A stretch of 63,694 nucleotides of DNA, counting the filler, from Octopus bimaculoides (Eukaryota), in assembly GCF_001194135.2 (NCBI RefSeq). It is 3 parts of 3 records of this genome, joined end to end, with 100 filler letters (N's around TTAATTAATTAA, not from the genome) between each part and the next. Parts side by side here need not be neighbours in the genome. Positions count along the whole stretch, not along the records: positions 1 to 28,374 come from NC_068987.1; positions 28,475 to 58,192 come from NC_068983.1; 1 more part is not named here. One strand, 5' to 3'. Positions 25,559 to 38,815 of this stretch are shown in pieces. The translations under genes were made by a program, and so were the position numbers. Numbering within the stretch: position 1 is the first letter of the stretch; every line of letters begins with the position of its first letter. The notes below the pieces were generated by a model, which did not search any database, was not told the origin of the DNA, and worked only from the letters and a program-made list of their open reading frames with translations.

Positions 25559-26679
25559 GTAACATTAGAATAAGGAAGATCGATTAAATCGACTTTACAT
25601 TCTTCCAAAATGGTGAAATTTTAAGCTAAAAAAAAAAGCAAAAAGTTCATCATTAGTACTGTAGAAAGTTGGCACGCAGGACAAAATGCGTAGTGGCAAT
25701 TCTTTCTTCGGGCTTTACGCTCCAAGTTCAAATAGCATGGATTTTTATTATCGCTTCTACCGTAAATCTGGTATTGTATATTTATTCATATTAAGGCTTC
25801 CTTTAAGGCGGTGAGATGGCAGCAGTGTTATCCTGCCGGAAAAATGCTTACTGGCATTTCTTTCAACTTTACGTTCTGAGTTCAATTGCCACCGAGTTCT
25901 TCCATCCTTTTGAAGTCGATAAAATAAGTACCAGTTGCGGACTTGGGTCAATGTAATTGACTTATCCCTTTCTCTGAAATTTCTGACCTTTTGCCAAAAT
26001 TTGAAATCCATATTAAGGCTTCCTTTTAACTTTGCTCCGAATATTTAAAAGTAACCAGTATTAGAAAAGTTTGTTCCCAGCAAATCAACGGCATCAAACA
26101 ATTTGTTTCATGGGAATTATCAATAGTAAAGCTGTTCTCAATCGATATTTCTTTAAATTCGAAATTGCTGGTAAAGAACATTTTTTGAAGTTTATGGCTT
26201 GCTTTATTTCTTTTGTACTTCTATGACATATGTTTGGTAATCCTTGATTTTTTTTGATTCCACTCTCTCTCTCTCACTCTCTCTATTTCCCTCTCTCCCT
26301 CTCTCCCTCTCTCCCCTCTCTTTGTTTCTTCCTGCGTGTTTTTCTGTGAGTGCGTGTATACAAGAATAAGAGTGTATGTGTGTCGTGCAAACTGAACTTC
26401 TTAACCATGACGAAGTGTATACCTCACAGCTATGAAAGAAGCGATGATAGTTTGATTGTCTATCTGCTTTTACTCAACTCAATATCGACTAAAAACATTA
26501 ATATACTCGTATTTAGCTATGTTTAATTTAGCAACCAAAGAAACTTGAAGCTTTTGAAGAGATGTATTTTTATATTTGGGTAATTTTCCTGGGTAAAATA
26601 CTTCTGCCGTTAAAAGAAGGTTTAACCTTCTTTGATACGAATTACACTGTTAAGTCATTCATTTTTCTCTTAACGTCTT

Positions 26680-27619
26680 CATCGGAATCGGAATCGTGTA
26701 ACGAGTAGAACGCTGAATTCTGCATGGAGAGAACTGTGGCCTGACTGCATCCGAAAGAGACTTCGAGGAGTTTGTGTCCTAGACACCTGTAGTCGAGGAG
26801 ATAGTGTCTCTTGGCAAGTCCATGGGCCTCGAAGTTGACGAGGGAGACATTGACGATATCGTCGAGGAACACATTGAAGAGTTGACGAAAGATGAACTCC
26901 TGCAGCTTCAGGAGCAGCAACGTTTGGATGCGGTGGAAGAGATTGGTTCTCTGGAGCAGGACGGTGTAGCAGAGAAGGCTGTCTTCACAGGTGACATAAA
27001 GGCAGTGTTGGAAAAGTGATAGTATGCTTCTGAATATGTAAAAAAAATATCATCCTTAAAAGTATCTACAGGTCGTACAGCTGTTTTATTTAATGACACT
27101 GCTCTGACGTATTTTCATAACATTTTCAAAGGCAGGAAAAAGCTGACTTCTCTTGATATATTTCTAATCAAATGACCTGAGAGTGTGAAATGTAAAAAAA
27201 GTGTGCCCCAAAAGCCTAAATTAAGCAAAGTGAGAGAGAGAAAACGCTAGAAATTGTTCTTCCTGAAGTCTTGAGGGAAGGATATTCTCCTTCCAAACAA
27301 CAATCCTCCTCTTCCCCGCTCCATCGTCTTCCTCGCGCACAAATCGTTCCATCTTTAAGGTAATTAAATTGATAAAACCAGTTTATATATTTCTTTTGCA
27401 TTCTCTTTTATTATATTTTTATAAATGTCAATTTCCTTGTAAATGCACCTTTTCTGTTTAAAAACCCATAAAAAATTATTTTGGTTGATTTTGGTGGGTT
27501 GGAATGGATTAATTATATTTGAGTTAATTTCAATGAGAAAACTGATCTGTATAATGAGTAAATCGTAAAAACGAGCTCGGTAATGAAACGAATTAAACTC
27601 GTACTGCGCGGTATCACTG
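26680..27619 (+). mobile_element. Tigger/pogo DNA transposon 3' portion
   Basis: Peptides TLNSAWRELWPDC and VVEEIVSLGKSMGLEVDEGDIDDIVEEHIEELTKDELLQLQEQQ. The right TIR ends ...GGTATCACTG|TA. Confidence 0.88.
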
Positions 27620-27636
27620 TATATACATAAATATCA

Positions 27637-28374
27637 TCATCATCATCATCATCATCGTTTAACGTCCGCCTTCCATGCNNNNNNNNNNNNNNNNNNNNNN
27701 NNNNNNNNNNNNNNNNNNNNNNNNNNNNNNNNNNNNNNNNNNNNNNNNNNNNNNNNNNNNNNNNNNNNNNNNNNNNNNNNNNNNNNNNNNNNNNNNNNNN
27801 NNNNNNNNNNNNNNNNNNNNNNNNNNNNNNNNNNNNNNNNNNNNNNNNNNNNNNNNNNNNNNNNNNNNNNNNNNNNNNNNNNNNNNNNNNNNNNNNNNNN
27901 NNNNNNNNNNNNNNNNNNNNNNNNNNNNNNNNNNNNNNNNNNNNNNNNNNNNNNNNNNNNNNNNNNNNNNNCTTTCCATGCTAGCATGGGATGGACGATT
28001 TGACTGAGGACTGGTGAAACAAGATGGCTACACCAGAATCCAATCTGATTTGACAGTGTTTCTACAGCTGGATGCCCTTCCTAAAGCCAACCACTCAGAG
28101 AGTGTAGTGGGTGCTTTTACGTGTCACCCGCACGAAGGCCAGTCAGGCGGTACTGGCAAAGGCCACGCTCATCTCGCTCGAGAAACCTCATGTGTCACCC
28201 GCACAAGAGCCAGCCCAGGGGCACCAGCAACGATTCCGCTCGAAAAATCCCAGAACCCCACACAAGAGCCATTTCAGCAGCACCGGCAACGATCCCGCTC
28301 GAAGAAATTTCATGTGTCACCAGCACAAGAGCCAGTCCAGGGGCACTGGCAACGATCTCGCTCGAAGAACCTCA
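27637..28374 (-). mobile_element. RTE-related 3' end/SINE with (GAT)n tail and internal ~60-bp minisatellite
   Basis: catcatc-gtttaacgtcc..ttccatgctagcatggg is the tail read in antisense, followed by about four diverged repeat units at 28125-28374. Related copies at about 34082-34250, 34553-34806, 46540-46830 and 49945-50030. Confidence 0.75.
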
Positions 28375-28418
28375 NNNNNNNNNNNNNNNNNNNNNNNNNN
28401 NNNNNNNNNNNNNNNNNN

Positions 28419-28430
28419 TTAATTAATTAA
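28419..28430. other. Artificial scaffold-joining linker TTAATTAATTAA within a 100-bp N spacer
   Basis: 44 N + TTAATTAATTAA + 44 N. The 12-mer puts TAA stops in all six frames, and an identical construct occurs at 58237-58248. Confidence 0.9.
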
Positions 28431-28479
28431 NNNNNNNNNNNNNNNNNNNNNNNNNNNNNNNNNNNNNNNNNNNNTGGAA

Positions 28480-28682
28480 TATGCGCATAAGGATCAATAG
28501 TATGGGATACATGTCTCATGATTAGAATTTTTTTAGGGTGTGTAAAGAGGGAAAGAACCCTCATGTGCAATTTTGATGAAATTTGAATCATATGTATTCC
28601 AGTTCCTTACAGAAAATATAACAGAAAAGTCTCATTTTTCAATCGCATGTAACACAGGCAACGCCGGGTATCTCTGCTAATT
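28480..28682 (+). mobile_element. Helitron-like non-autonomous element 3' end
   Basis: Ends GGCAACGCCGGGTATCTCTGCTAA, closely matching the 3' end at 41001-41028. Confidence 0.55.
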
Positions 28683-31138
28683 ACATATAAAAGAAACTTA
28701 AGTAAAATATTAGGAAAGAAATGGGACATCTTGTTTGGCCATGGTTAACAGCCATGTAGTGAGTGACTCCAGAAATCTTAAGATAAAACATTCTCAGCTG
28801 CTTAGATTAGAAATCAATGCTTTCTCCTTTTGTCATATCTGACAACCTTTGGATGATGGAAGAGGGCCTAGAAATTAGATATATTTAGCAAAGTTGGCTT
28901 GTGATGTTTTTTAAATACTGTCTAGATTTGACAGTTATTTTCATGATGTGTCACCCACCACCTTGAAATACTAAAGTGATGTTTTTGAAATTCAATTTGT
29001 TGTTATCTAATCTGTCCAGTTGATTGAGGGGGTGGGGTTATGACTTAGTCTTCTTTACTCTAACAAAGCTTGCTCAGTGTGACATGTGTGCAAGTATGTC
29101 ACCTGATAAATATGTGGTTTATTTCTAGACATAGATAAAAACTCATCTATTCTGCTCAACAAACAAACAATCATTTTGTTAAGTGCTCAAGAAATTTTAT
29201 CTCATAATAATCAACAGATTTACCGTACTCACATTATTTATGTTTTGATAGTTGAAACTATGCAAGATGTTAGATAATAATGTGCATCCTCGTCTTTGTA
29301 TGATGTAAAGATTTCATTGAATGATTAATTGTAAGGATTGATATTAGAGAAGGTCTGAGAGACTATCTATTTCAGTGTCTGATTTGAACAGATAAACACT
29401 TGTGTTTTCAGTTATTTCACACACAGTTGTGTCTCTTATCTTTTACCTGTTTCAGTCATTGGACTGCAGTCTTGAAAGGTTTAGTTGAACAAATCAACTC
29501 TGGACTTATTTTTAAATTTGATATTTATTTTATTGGTCTCTTTTGTCAAACCACTATGTTATAGAGATGTACACACAAACCAACAGTAGTTGTCAAGCCA
29601 TGGAGGGAGAGCAAACAGACACACATGCATGTATGCAGGCATACATACATACATACATGCAAACAAACAAAAAAACAATGGCTTCCACACAGTTTCCATT
29701 TACCAAATTCATCAACAAAGCATTGGTCAATCTGGTGCTATAGTAGAAGACACTTGGCTAAAGTGCTGCAGAGTGGGACTGAACCCAAAACTACATGGTT
29801 GCAAAATGAGCTTCTTAACCATGCAGCCATTTCTGTGTCTGTCAAAGCTGTTTGACAACTCTTTCTGTGTAATAGTTTTCTGCATTTCAATCTAAAACTA
29901 GCGGTTATGCACCAAAGTTAAACTTTTAAATGAATGTTGAACATATCTGCAATTTACTTCTCTGGAAGATTTACTCCTCATGAATATCAACTTGAAGATT
30001 GAAAATAGGTTTAAGTCAGATGTAAATATCTCCTAAATAAGCACAGTACTTCTGAAGGTCAGAGGTACCAGATCACTTGGTAATGTTTGTTTACAGTATC
30101 CCTTTTGTTACCAAATTTCTTCTGAAATACACCATTTCAAGATGCCCCAGCATGGCCACAGTCCAATGACTGAAACAAGTAAAAGATATAAAGGATATAC
30201 AGAAGAATTTAATAAAATAACTTTGTCTTAATGAGCTGGTTTTTCAAACTTGAAATATTGATGAGAGCTTTAAAATTTAGACCACCTTAAAACAGAAAAT
30301 TTGTATCATGAGACCAAGGTCTGTCTCAAGCAGGTTGATATCAAAATGGTTAAACTGACGTTCTAATGTCAGTTTGTCAGAAGGTAACATTCCCAGATGT
30401 TCTTGAACCTACATTTCAAAGATAGGTAATCTAAGGGATTATAGAAAAAATGTTACAGGCAGAAAAAAATAAACCTGCCAGCTTCAGATTTGAACCTATG
30501 CTATGGTAATCTTATCCAAAACTTTATCCATTTGACCTGATCAGTTCACTTCTCCATTGATCTACAATATAACATCTCTTCATGTCTCTCAGTACTCCAT
30601 TATCCTATCTGTATGGTTCAGTGTTCTTTTGTTGTTGCTATTGTTTAATTCCAAATCATTCTAACTGAGCATATAGTGTCAGTATGTCATTAAGTAGGGC
30701 ATATATTATCAATGTCATTAAGTTAAGTAGGACTTTGTTTCATGGAGATTTGACTCTTGTTTCTGTAGATTTAGTGACCATGTAAAGGTAACTGGAAGAA
30801 ATTTTCTGTGTTGGTCAAAAGCTGTCTACAAAACAAAATCTGTTATTGATTAATACTATTCAATTTCATTGACTTTAATACAATCAAAGTAGCTTAGCCT
30901 GGTAGATAAAACATTGGATTATCTACTACTCATAGGCTGTGAATTGAAATCTGCTGTATTTTGTTGTTTCTAGACTGAACATTTTTTTTATTCTGTATTG
31001 CCTCTGTTGACCTACATGCCAAAAATATGTTTCTGATCACTTAGTAATGTATCTGTGATGGAATAATGTTCTATCCAGGGATAGTGAGGGCTATCTCTCA
31101 TATCCAACTTTATGGTATGAAGCAGATAATATTTGCTA

Positions 31139-31676
31139 GGAGTGGCTGTATGGTAAGTAGCTTGCTTACCAACCACATGGTTCTGGGTTCGGGCCAACCA
31201 AAGCCTTGTGAGTGGATTTGGTAGACAGAAACTGAAAGAAGCCCGTCGTATATATGTATATCTATCTATCTATCTATATATATATACACATATATATGTA
31301 TATATACACACACACATATATATANNNNNNNNNNNNNNNNNNNNNNNNNNNNNNNNNNNNNNNNNNNNNNNNNNNNNNNNNNNNNNNNNNNNNNNNNNNN
31401 NNNNNNNNNNNNNNNNNNNNNNNNNNNNNNNNNNNNNNNNNNNNNNNNNNNNNNNNNNNNNNNNNNNNNNNNNNNNNNNNNNNGTGTGTCTGTGTTTGTC
31501 CCCCCAACCAATGCTGGTGTATTTACCTCTCCGTAACTTAGCGGTTTGGCTAAAGAGAGCGATAGAGTAAGTACTAGGCTTACAAAGAATAAGTCCTGGG
31601 GTCGATTAGCTCGACTAAAAGGCGGTGCTCCAGCATGGCCACAGTCAAATGACTGAAACAAGTAAAAGAGTAACCC
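31139..31676 (+). mobile_element. SINE family A, near full-length with central (TA)/(TG) microsatellite
   Basis: Runs from GGAGTGGCTGTATGGTAAG to ...GACTGAAACAAGTAAAAGAG. An inverted copy lies at 32347-32717. Confidence 0.88.
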
Positions 31677-33299
31677 TTTTGATATCAACCTGGCCAAGAT
31701 CACCTCTGGTTCTATGATATAAAGTGCCTGATTTAAAGTGTAATTTATGCTCCAAACCCCAGCTTTATAAGGACAAAAGCAATGAATTTCAACAGAAATG
31801 TGGTAACAAAATGGTTTTAAAAACCAGATGGGGATTTAGGTAGTATTTGCAACTATTATATTTATTGAATAACCTTGGGAAATTTAACGAAGGTGCCTTC
31901 TACATGTACATTTAACAAAGTGCAGGTGATCATTGAAAGTTGTTTGTGGAAAAAAATTTTTAATCAAATGTAATTATGACTACAATGAATAGAGGTTATT
32001 AGCACTATGATAACTTATTTTCTGCAGGTATTCTATAGAACTTTATAGCCAGCACTTATTTTTGCTACAACGTTTTGTATCGAGACGTCTAATGTAAACA
32101 ATGTGATCGAAGACTGAAGTGAGTAACGAGTGTACATGCCATATTTCAGGGTTTGTTGCTCCTCCTTCATCACTCTAACTCACTATTGTCTCCAAACACA
32201 TTGCTAATGTAGCTACCGCGTACAATGGTGTTAAGTTATTGGATATACCAATTTACATATTAGATGCATTCCTGGGGCTATAAACATTAAAGATTTGTAG
32301 GTATGTGGTACTTCGTTATGCAAACACAATATACTGACTTACACTTTTACTTGTTTCAGTCATTTGACTGTTGCCATGCTGGAGCACCGCCTTTAGTCGA
32401 GCAAATCGACCCCAGGACTTATTCTTTGGAAGCCTAGCACTTATTCTATCGGTCTCTTTTGCCGAACCGCTAAGTTATGGGGAGGTAAACATAGCAGCAT
32501 CGGTTGTCAAGCGATGTTGGGGGACAAACACACACACACACACACATATATATATACATATATACGACAGGCTTCTTTCAGTTTCCGTCTACCAAATCCA
32601 CTCACAAGGCTTTGGTCGGCCTGAGGCTATAGTAGAAGACACTTGCCCAAGGTGCCACGCAGTGGGACTGAACCCGGAACCATGTGGTTGGTAAGCAAGC
32701 TACTTACCACACAGCCAAACAAAGTACCATGTACTTAGAAATCTTTGATGCATATTTAAAAGGTTCAAGGGAGAAAACTCTAATTCAATTGACAAAAAAT
32801 GTTAATTTATTTCTTTATTGCCCACAGGGGGCTAGACATAGAGGGGACAAACAAGGATAGACAAAGGGATCAAGTCGATTACATCGACCTCAGTGCGTAA
32901 CTGGTACTTATTTACTTGACCCCGAAGGGATGAAAGGCAAAGTTGACCTTGGTGGAATTTGAACTCAGAACGAAATACCACTAAGCATTTCGCCAAGCGA
33001 TTCTGCCAGCTCGCCGCCAGGCTATGGGAAGTGAATCCGATCTTTAGTAGCAATTGTAACAACTCTAGACCTGTTTCAGTGTTATTAACCCTTATCAGTG
33101 AAACAGCGTTCCTGTACATCACCAATAATTCTTAGTCAATTGAAATTTCAGAATTCTTTTTGCTGTCTTTTTAAGAGCAATTTTTATTAATACTGTTTTC
33201 TCATTGTTCTTTTAAGCTTGTGTGTGCTTTGTCATTCATGCACACTACAGTACACATCCAGTGGGGCATGCTCACTTCATTTCTTTCCATCTCTTACAC

Positions 33300-34080
33300 A
33301 TCCTCTGTATTCAGTATCTGTGTTTTGCTACCATGCAAAACCATACATACTCAAAGAGTCACTCAGAGAAAAGCCCTTTGTTATTAGCTGAGTTAATAGT
33401 TCCCTGACCCTTTCCCACACAAGTCCTTATTCTGGTTATTGCTGATAAGGTCAGCTAGATGACAGAAGTTGTCAAACAACTTCTAACAAACCTCCTGGGC
33501 AGTTGAAATAATTTGTTTAATCTGTCTTCTTTCTGCTAACTAATCATGTGCATCAGTTATATACAAAGTATTTTTGTTTTTTGTAGTTGTTTTTTGTCAG
33601 CCTGCTTATATAATCTAATTTTTTCCATTCATATTTTACATTGAATATACCTGCTTTTCTGCCTTTCAAGTATACCAGCTTCCCAAATAGTTATTGATTT
33701 CCGAATTCTTTGTTTGATGACTAAAATTTTCTGCAATAAACAGGAGGAGGCTGATAACAAAATTCTGATGGACACATCCTTGTACACTAAAGTCCTCTCT
33801 GAACTTGTTGCTAACTCATCCTGTACTGACAACAAATACCCTTATATGTAGTTTACACAGCTTCCACAAGCCATTCGTATGAAACCCCTGACTTAGGCTT
33901 TCTTAGGTTGGGTATAGTAGCTTACTCTCAGCTTAGAACTTCTACAGATGGTTGCAAAGAGAGTATTTACAGTCTCATGATCCAACCAAGCAGAAACCCA
34001 AACTACATATCTAAGCTGTAGCAGTTGATGGTGCTATACCAGTCACTGGGAATAACATTTTGATCTGCCTGATTCATCCT
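33300..34080 (+). mobile_element. Highly degenerate transposase-like remnant, superfamily uncertain
   Basis: Peptide CNKQEEADNKIL resembles the HEEADT-x-I motif of large invertebrate TE-derived ORFs. A downstream YQSL...DLPD-like segment is also present. Confidence 0.3.
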
Positions 34081-34493
34081 CATCATCATCATTTAACATC
34101 CGCTTTCCATGCTAGCATGGGTTGGACGATTTGACTGAGGACTAGTGAACCAGATGGCTACACCAGGCTCCAATCTGATTTGGCAGAGTTTCTACGGCTA
34201 GATGCCCTTCATAATGCCAACCACTCCGAGAGTGTAGTGGGTGCTTTTGTTTGTTTGAGTGGGTTTCATGATTGTGTGGTTCCTTAATTACACAGGTTTC
34301 CACAGATTGTTGGAAATCAATAGCACTGTTTCTATGTCATTTTGTTTACAATGATTGTGCAACATGTCAAAATATGTCAAGAAGCCTGACATATTTCTAA
34401 CAAGCATATGGAACACCATGAGATAGTTTTAGTAGGTTTAGATTAATACCAGAGATCATTACATCTCTGGTATGTTGCTTAATATTTCATTAA

Positions 34494-34959
34494 CCCTTTC
34501 GTTACTGTATTTATTTGGAGATGCTCTGTGTTTCTTTCAATTACTTTAAATCATCATCATCATCGTTTAACGTCCACCTTCCATGCTAGCATGGGTTGGA
34601 CGATTTGACTGACGACTGGTGATCGAGACGGCTACACCAGGCTCCAATCTGATTTGGCAGAGTTTCTACTGCTGGATGCCCTTCCTAACGCCAACCACTC
34701 CGAGAGTGGGTGCTTTTACGTGTCACCCGCACGATGGCCAGTCAGGTGGTACTGGCAACGGCCAAGCTCAAAATGGTTTATTTTACGTGCCACCTGCACA
34801 GGAAAGAATTTAGTAAAATAACTCAGTTATCATTCAGCTAGTGTTAGGAGCATAAATTGTGACTAAGGTTTGGTAGAAGATTTTAATTCAAAACTTATGG
34901 AACAAGACATTTGTACTACAGAGCCAGAAGCAGTTTCAGCTGGGTTGGTAACGAAAGGG
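34494..34959. mobile_element. piggyBac-like MITE interrupted by an RTE-tail SINE (34553-34806)
   Basis: TTAA|CCCTTTCGTTAC ... GTAACGAAAGGG|TTAA: perfect 12-bp TIRs and a TTAA TSD. Confidence 0.85.
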
Positions 34960-37589
34960 TTAAAGAAACAAGATTTGAATGGTTTATTTTGAGAAAAAAA
35001 AGTTCCTATGTTAACCTATGTCATTCCTGATCCAGTACATCACCAAAGTCTTCCTAGTCATAGCAATGCTGTCTTTCTGTATTCCTAGTACTATTGTGTA
35101 CAGTGCATCTTATTTAACACAGTAAGGTGTTATATGAGAAAGATTTAGCTGTTATTTCCAACTCATCAGATGATTGCAAAGGGGCTCTCTTGCAGCTGGT
35201 CTGGATTAACTATCTCTGTCTTAGTTCATGATCTTCATTACTTGTTGATGTTCTATTGAAACCACATTTGTATCAATGGATATCTTGTCTTTATTATTTG
35301 CATATTGTCCTGAGATTTAGAACTTAAAAGCCCCTATTTTTTAAGATATAACTGTAACTTTAGTGTGCCCTCTGCACTTATTATTCAGTGTCTACCTAAT
35401 TCACTTGTGGCACTGGTTTCTGAGATGTAGTCATGATTGATATTTTACTAGAGTAGATAGATAGCTGAATACATGCTTTTCAATGGTTGTTTTTATTTCC
35501 TTTTTCACCATTTTCTTGGATCATATACTAAATGAGTCACTATCTGGTTTACATATTACTCTTTTTTTTCTCTTTCAATCTCACTCTGTCTTTCACATTC
35601 TCTTTTCTTCTCTTTCTCTCTCTCTCTGTGCATATGTACACATTCATTGTGCTACATCAGCTTGTTTGCACATACATACTCTTATGCATACACCCACACA
35701 GTTGCAATGCTCCTACTAACCCATGTGTGAGTGTGTGTTGTGTTTATATAATACAATGCAATATGTCTACACTTTATCTAAACTCCCAGATTGTTTATTA
35801 TTAAGTATTAAAGAAGCTTATTGTGAAACTGAATCTTGGTCCTTGCCATGTTATTAAATCTGAGACATGGGCCACTAAAGTCTATTGCTATGCACAAATT
35901 AACTGCAAACTAGGTGCTCTATTTCATGCATATAAAAATTTATGATTTTTAAATTTTTTATGTCTCTTGTTTTTATCTATTTTTAGTATACAATAAAATG
36001 TCTTAGTTTATCTTTAAGTTTCTGATTTTGTTGTTTTATTTTTTTAAATTCTTAAGTTTCAAGTCTGATAATTTAATTACATTTTCTATTTGTGTTTTCT
36101 TCTCTCCTGTACATAAATGTAATTTTCAAATTAATATTAGTAGTCTGCTGGTGTAGTTTTATAATGAGAGAATTATATTTTCTCTTTTATATATTTTGAA
36201 ATCTTTTTAACCCTTTGCCTGGTGATACACAGGACATTATTTCTTTGGCATCCATGCATCATATGAGACACAAAACTTTTTTTTTTGTCTGTTTCCACTG
36301 CCAGAGTAACTTGGGACATATGAAAGGAAGTCTTTATTATTTGCTGCAGTCATTAGATTGTGTCCTTGTTGGGGCACTACCTCGAAAGGTTGTTTTTTAA
36401 GCCTGATACTTATTCTATCAGTCTCATTTTGCTGAACTGCTAAGTTACGGAAGCATAAGAAAAACCAACAGATGTTGTCAAGCAGTGGTGAGGAACAAAT
36501 GCATGCACATGTGTACACACACACACAGATATATACCTGTATATACAATAGGCTTCCATACAGTTTCTAACTATCAAATCCACTCACAAGGCTTTGTTCA
36601 GCCTGATGCTATAGTAGGGGACGAGACAAGCTTCTTACCATTCAGCATTGCTTGCTTTATATTACTCAGAACATAAAAAACAAAGGCCAACTAAAAGTCT
36701 GAAAACATGAATGGATGTTTAGGACAAACGTCTGAAAATGCTTCAGACACTTCTTCAATAGATGCTTTCTCATATTTGATACTAAACATTTTCTTTTTAC
36801 TTTTGTATATCAGTGTGTTGGAATTAGAATATTTTCAATTTCTAAATAAGTAATCTATTTTACATAGATTTTTTTTCTACTGATGAGTTATTATTTCTTT
36901 TTGGAAAAGGAATGACTGTCATCATTCTTATTTTTACTTTGTTGATAACTAAGAAGCCCGTCGTATATATGTATATATATGTATGTATGTGTTTGTGTGT
37001 CTGTGTTTGTCCCTCCACCATCGCTTGACAACCGATGCTGGTGTGTTTACGTCTCCATAACTTAGCGTTTCGGCAAAAAGAGACCGATAGAATAAGTACT
37101 AGGCTTCCAAAGAATAAGTCCTAGGGTCGATTTTCTCGACTAAAGGCGGTGCTCCAGCATGGCCACAGTCAAATGACTGAAACAAGTAAAAGAGTAAAAG
37201 AGTAACTCTAAAGCTTTAAATGAATATAGTGGTTTATTTATAGAATAAAAATTTAGAATTCTGTTTTTGTTAAAACAGTCACAACCATTTTACTTCCACA
37301 TCTATCTTATTCAACTAAAGCCAGTTATTACTAGTAGTTTTCACCTAGTTCTCACCATTTTCCACCACTCTATTGCAAATGCTGTGACACGTTCTCTCCA
37401 CTGTTGCTGACAACATATGGTTCCCTTAACCTCCAACTGCTTTTTTTTTTCTTTCTTTTTTTTTCACATATCTTAATTCAAACTATGTCCTCTTGCTAGA
37501 CATCTTTCAAATCAGACACACCCCATTCCTTTTCTAGATGAAGCAAATCACACTCAGCTATACTGTTTTAGTCTTCTAAAACGTGACTC

Positions 37590-38115
37590 ACAGAACTTTA
37601 CATTTGTAACAGAGAAGGAACGAAAAATACGTCTGCAAAACCTGAAATCCAGAGGTTTTAAAGTAAACCTTGCAAAGACAAAAGTTTAGTTAGGAGGAAA
37701 GAAAATATTTCTCTATCTGGGATGTGGCTGTGCTGAATATGCAAGAAAGGGATAGGAAGGATTTCTGCACAATGTTTCAACTGTAAAGTTAACTATGGAT
37801 ATACAAAAGATGCAGTAGAATTCAAGAAAAGTTAACAGGACTTCTTTGTAGTAAGTCTACAAGAGTAAGCAGGATGAGCACCCATGAAATGAATCCCCTT
37901 CAAATGTCTGGAAGGTATCCTAGAAGTGGTTGACAGCTTCTGTTACCTAGGTAACATAATCAGCAGTGATTATTATGTTCCAAAAACATAATAAAAACTA
38001 GATGGGAAGAGTTCAGGTTGCTATTACCCTTGCTGGCAACAAAAGGATCCATTCTCTAAATGAAGGGCAGCTTGTATGATTCTTATGTACAAAGTGCAAT
38101 ACTGCACAGTAGCAA
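37590..38115 (+). mobile_element. RTE-clade LINE fragment, degenerate
   Basis: Peptides LKSRGLKVNLAKTKV and LEVVDSFCYLGNIISS across frameshifts. Confidence 0.8.
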
Positions 38116-38319
38116 AATATTGGCATTGAATTTTTTATCTTGTTTCAGTCATTAGACTAGCCGTGCTGGGGCAGTATTTACTTTTTAAAGCCCGGTTATT
38201 ATTCTATCAATCTCTTTTGTTGAACCACTCAGTTACAAGAATGTAAACAAACCAGCACTGGTTGTCAAGCACTAGGGTGGGGGCAACAAACACAGCTGTA
38301 CACAGACATTGCGATGTCA

Positions 38320-38815
38320 CCAACCAGTGTCAAATTAATCTCAGAACTAGAGGCAATCCAACAAAGCTACACGAAGAAGATAGCCTTTATGCAGCATATA
38401 AGCTATTGGGAAAGACTCAAGAGATTAAGACTCTATTCCTGAGAGCGTAGATGAGAAAGATATGCCATAATATACATCTGGAAGATCCTTGAAGAAATTG
38501 TCCCAAACTTTGGCATCGAAAGTTACACAAATAAAAGAACTGGACGCCATTGCATAGTGCCAGGGACTCCAAATTTGCCATCAAGATGTAGGACAAGATA
38601 CTGCAATAGCCTGGGCTTCAGAGGTCCACAGCTCTTTAATATCCTCCCAAAGGACCTGAGAGACCTGCATGCAGTGGATGTAGGTGTCTTCAAGATGAGG
38701 CTGGACCTTTTCCTGTCAGGTGTCCCAGATGAACCAACTTCACGGCAGGAGGTGCAGATGAGAGCAGCTGCATCAAACTCTCTCATGCACCAAATGTCAA
38801 TTCCTGAAGTAAAAT
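38320..38815 (+). mobile_element. CR1-group LINE ORF2 3' end
   Basis: Peptides ELEAIQQSYTKKI, YWERLKRLRLYS*ERR and YCNSLGFRGPQLFNILPKDLRDL...VPDEP...AASNSL. Confidence 0.9.

Larger units (their letters stand above)
24300..26010. mobile_element. Cluster of six or more copies of SINE family B (GGCGGCGAxCTGGCAGAATCGTTAG head) in both orientations
   Basis: Repeated motif ttctgagttcaaattcc.ccgaggtcgactttgcctttcatcctt. Other copies at about 15130-15340, 21600-21765, 32820-33020, 45010-45640, 47470-48320, 56750-57140 and 59570-59690. Confidence 0.85.

Noticed and set aside
28125-28374. Regularly spaced repeats superficially like a CRISPR array
   Set aside because: The units are diverged tandem copies without unique spacers, in a eukaryotic retroelement context.
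28419-28430. TTAATTAATTAA palindrome isolated within Ns (also 58237-58248)
   Set aside because: It is an assembly spacer with six-frame stops, not a biological motif or piggyBac footprint.
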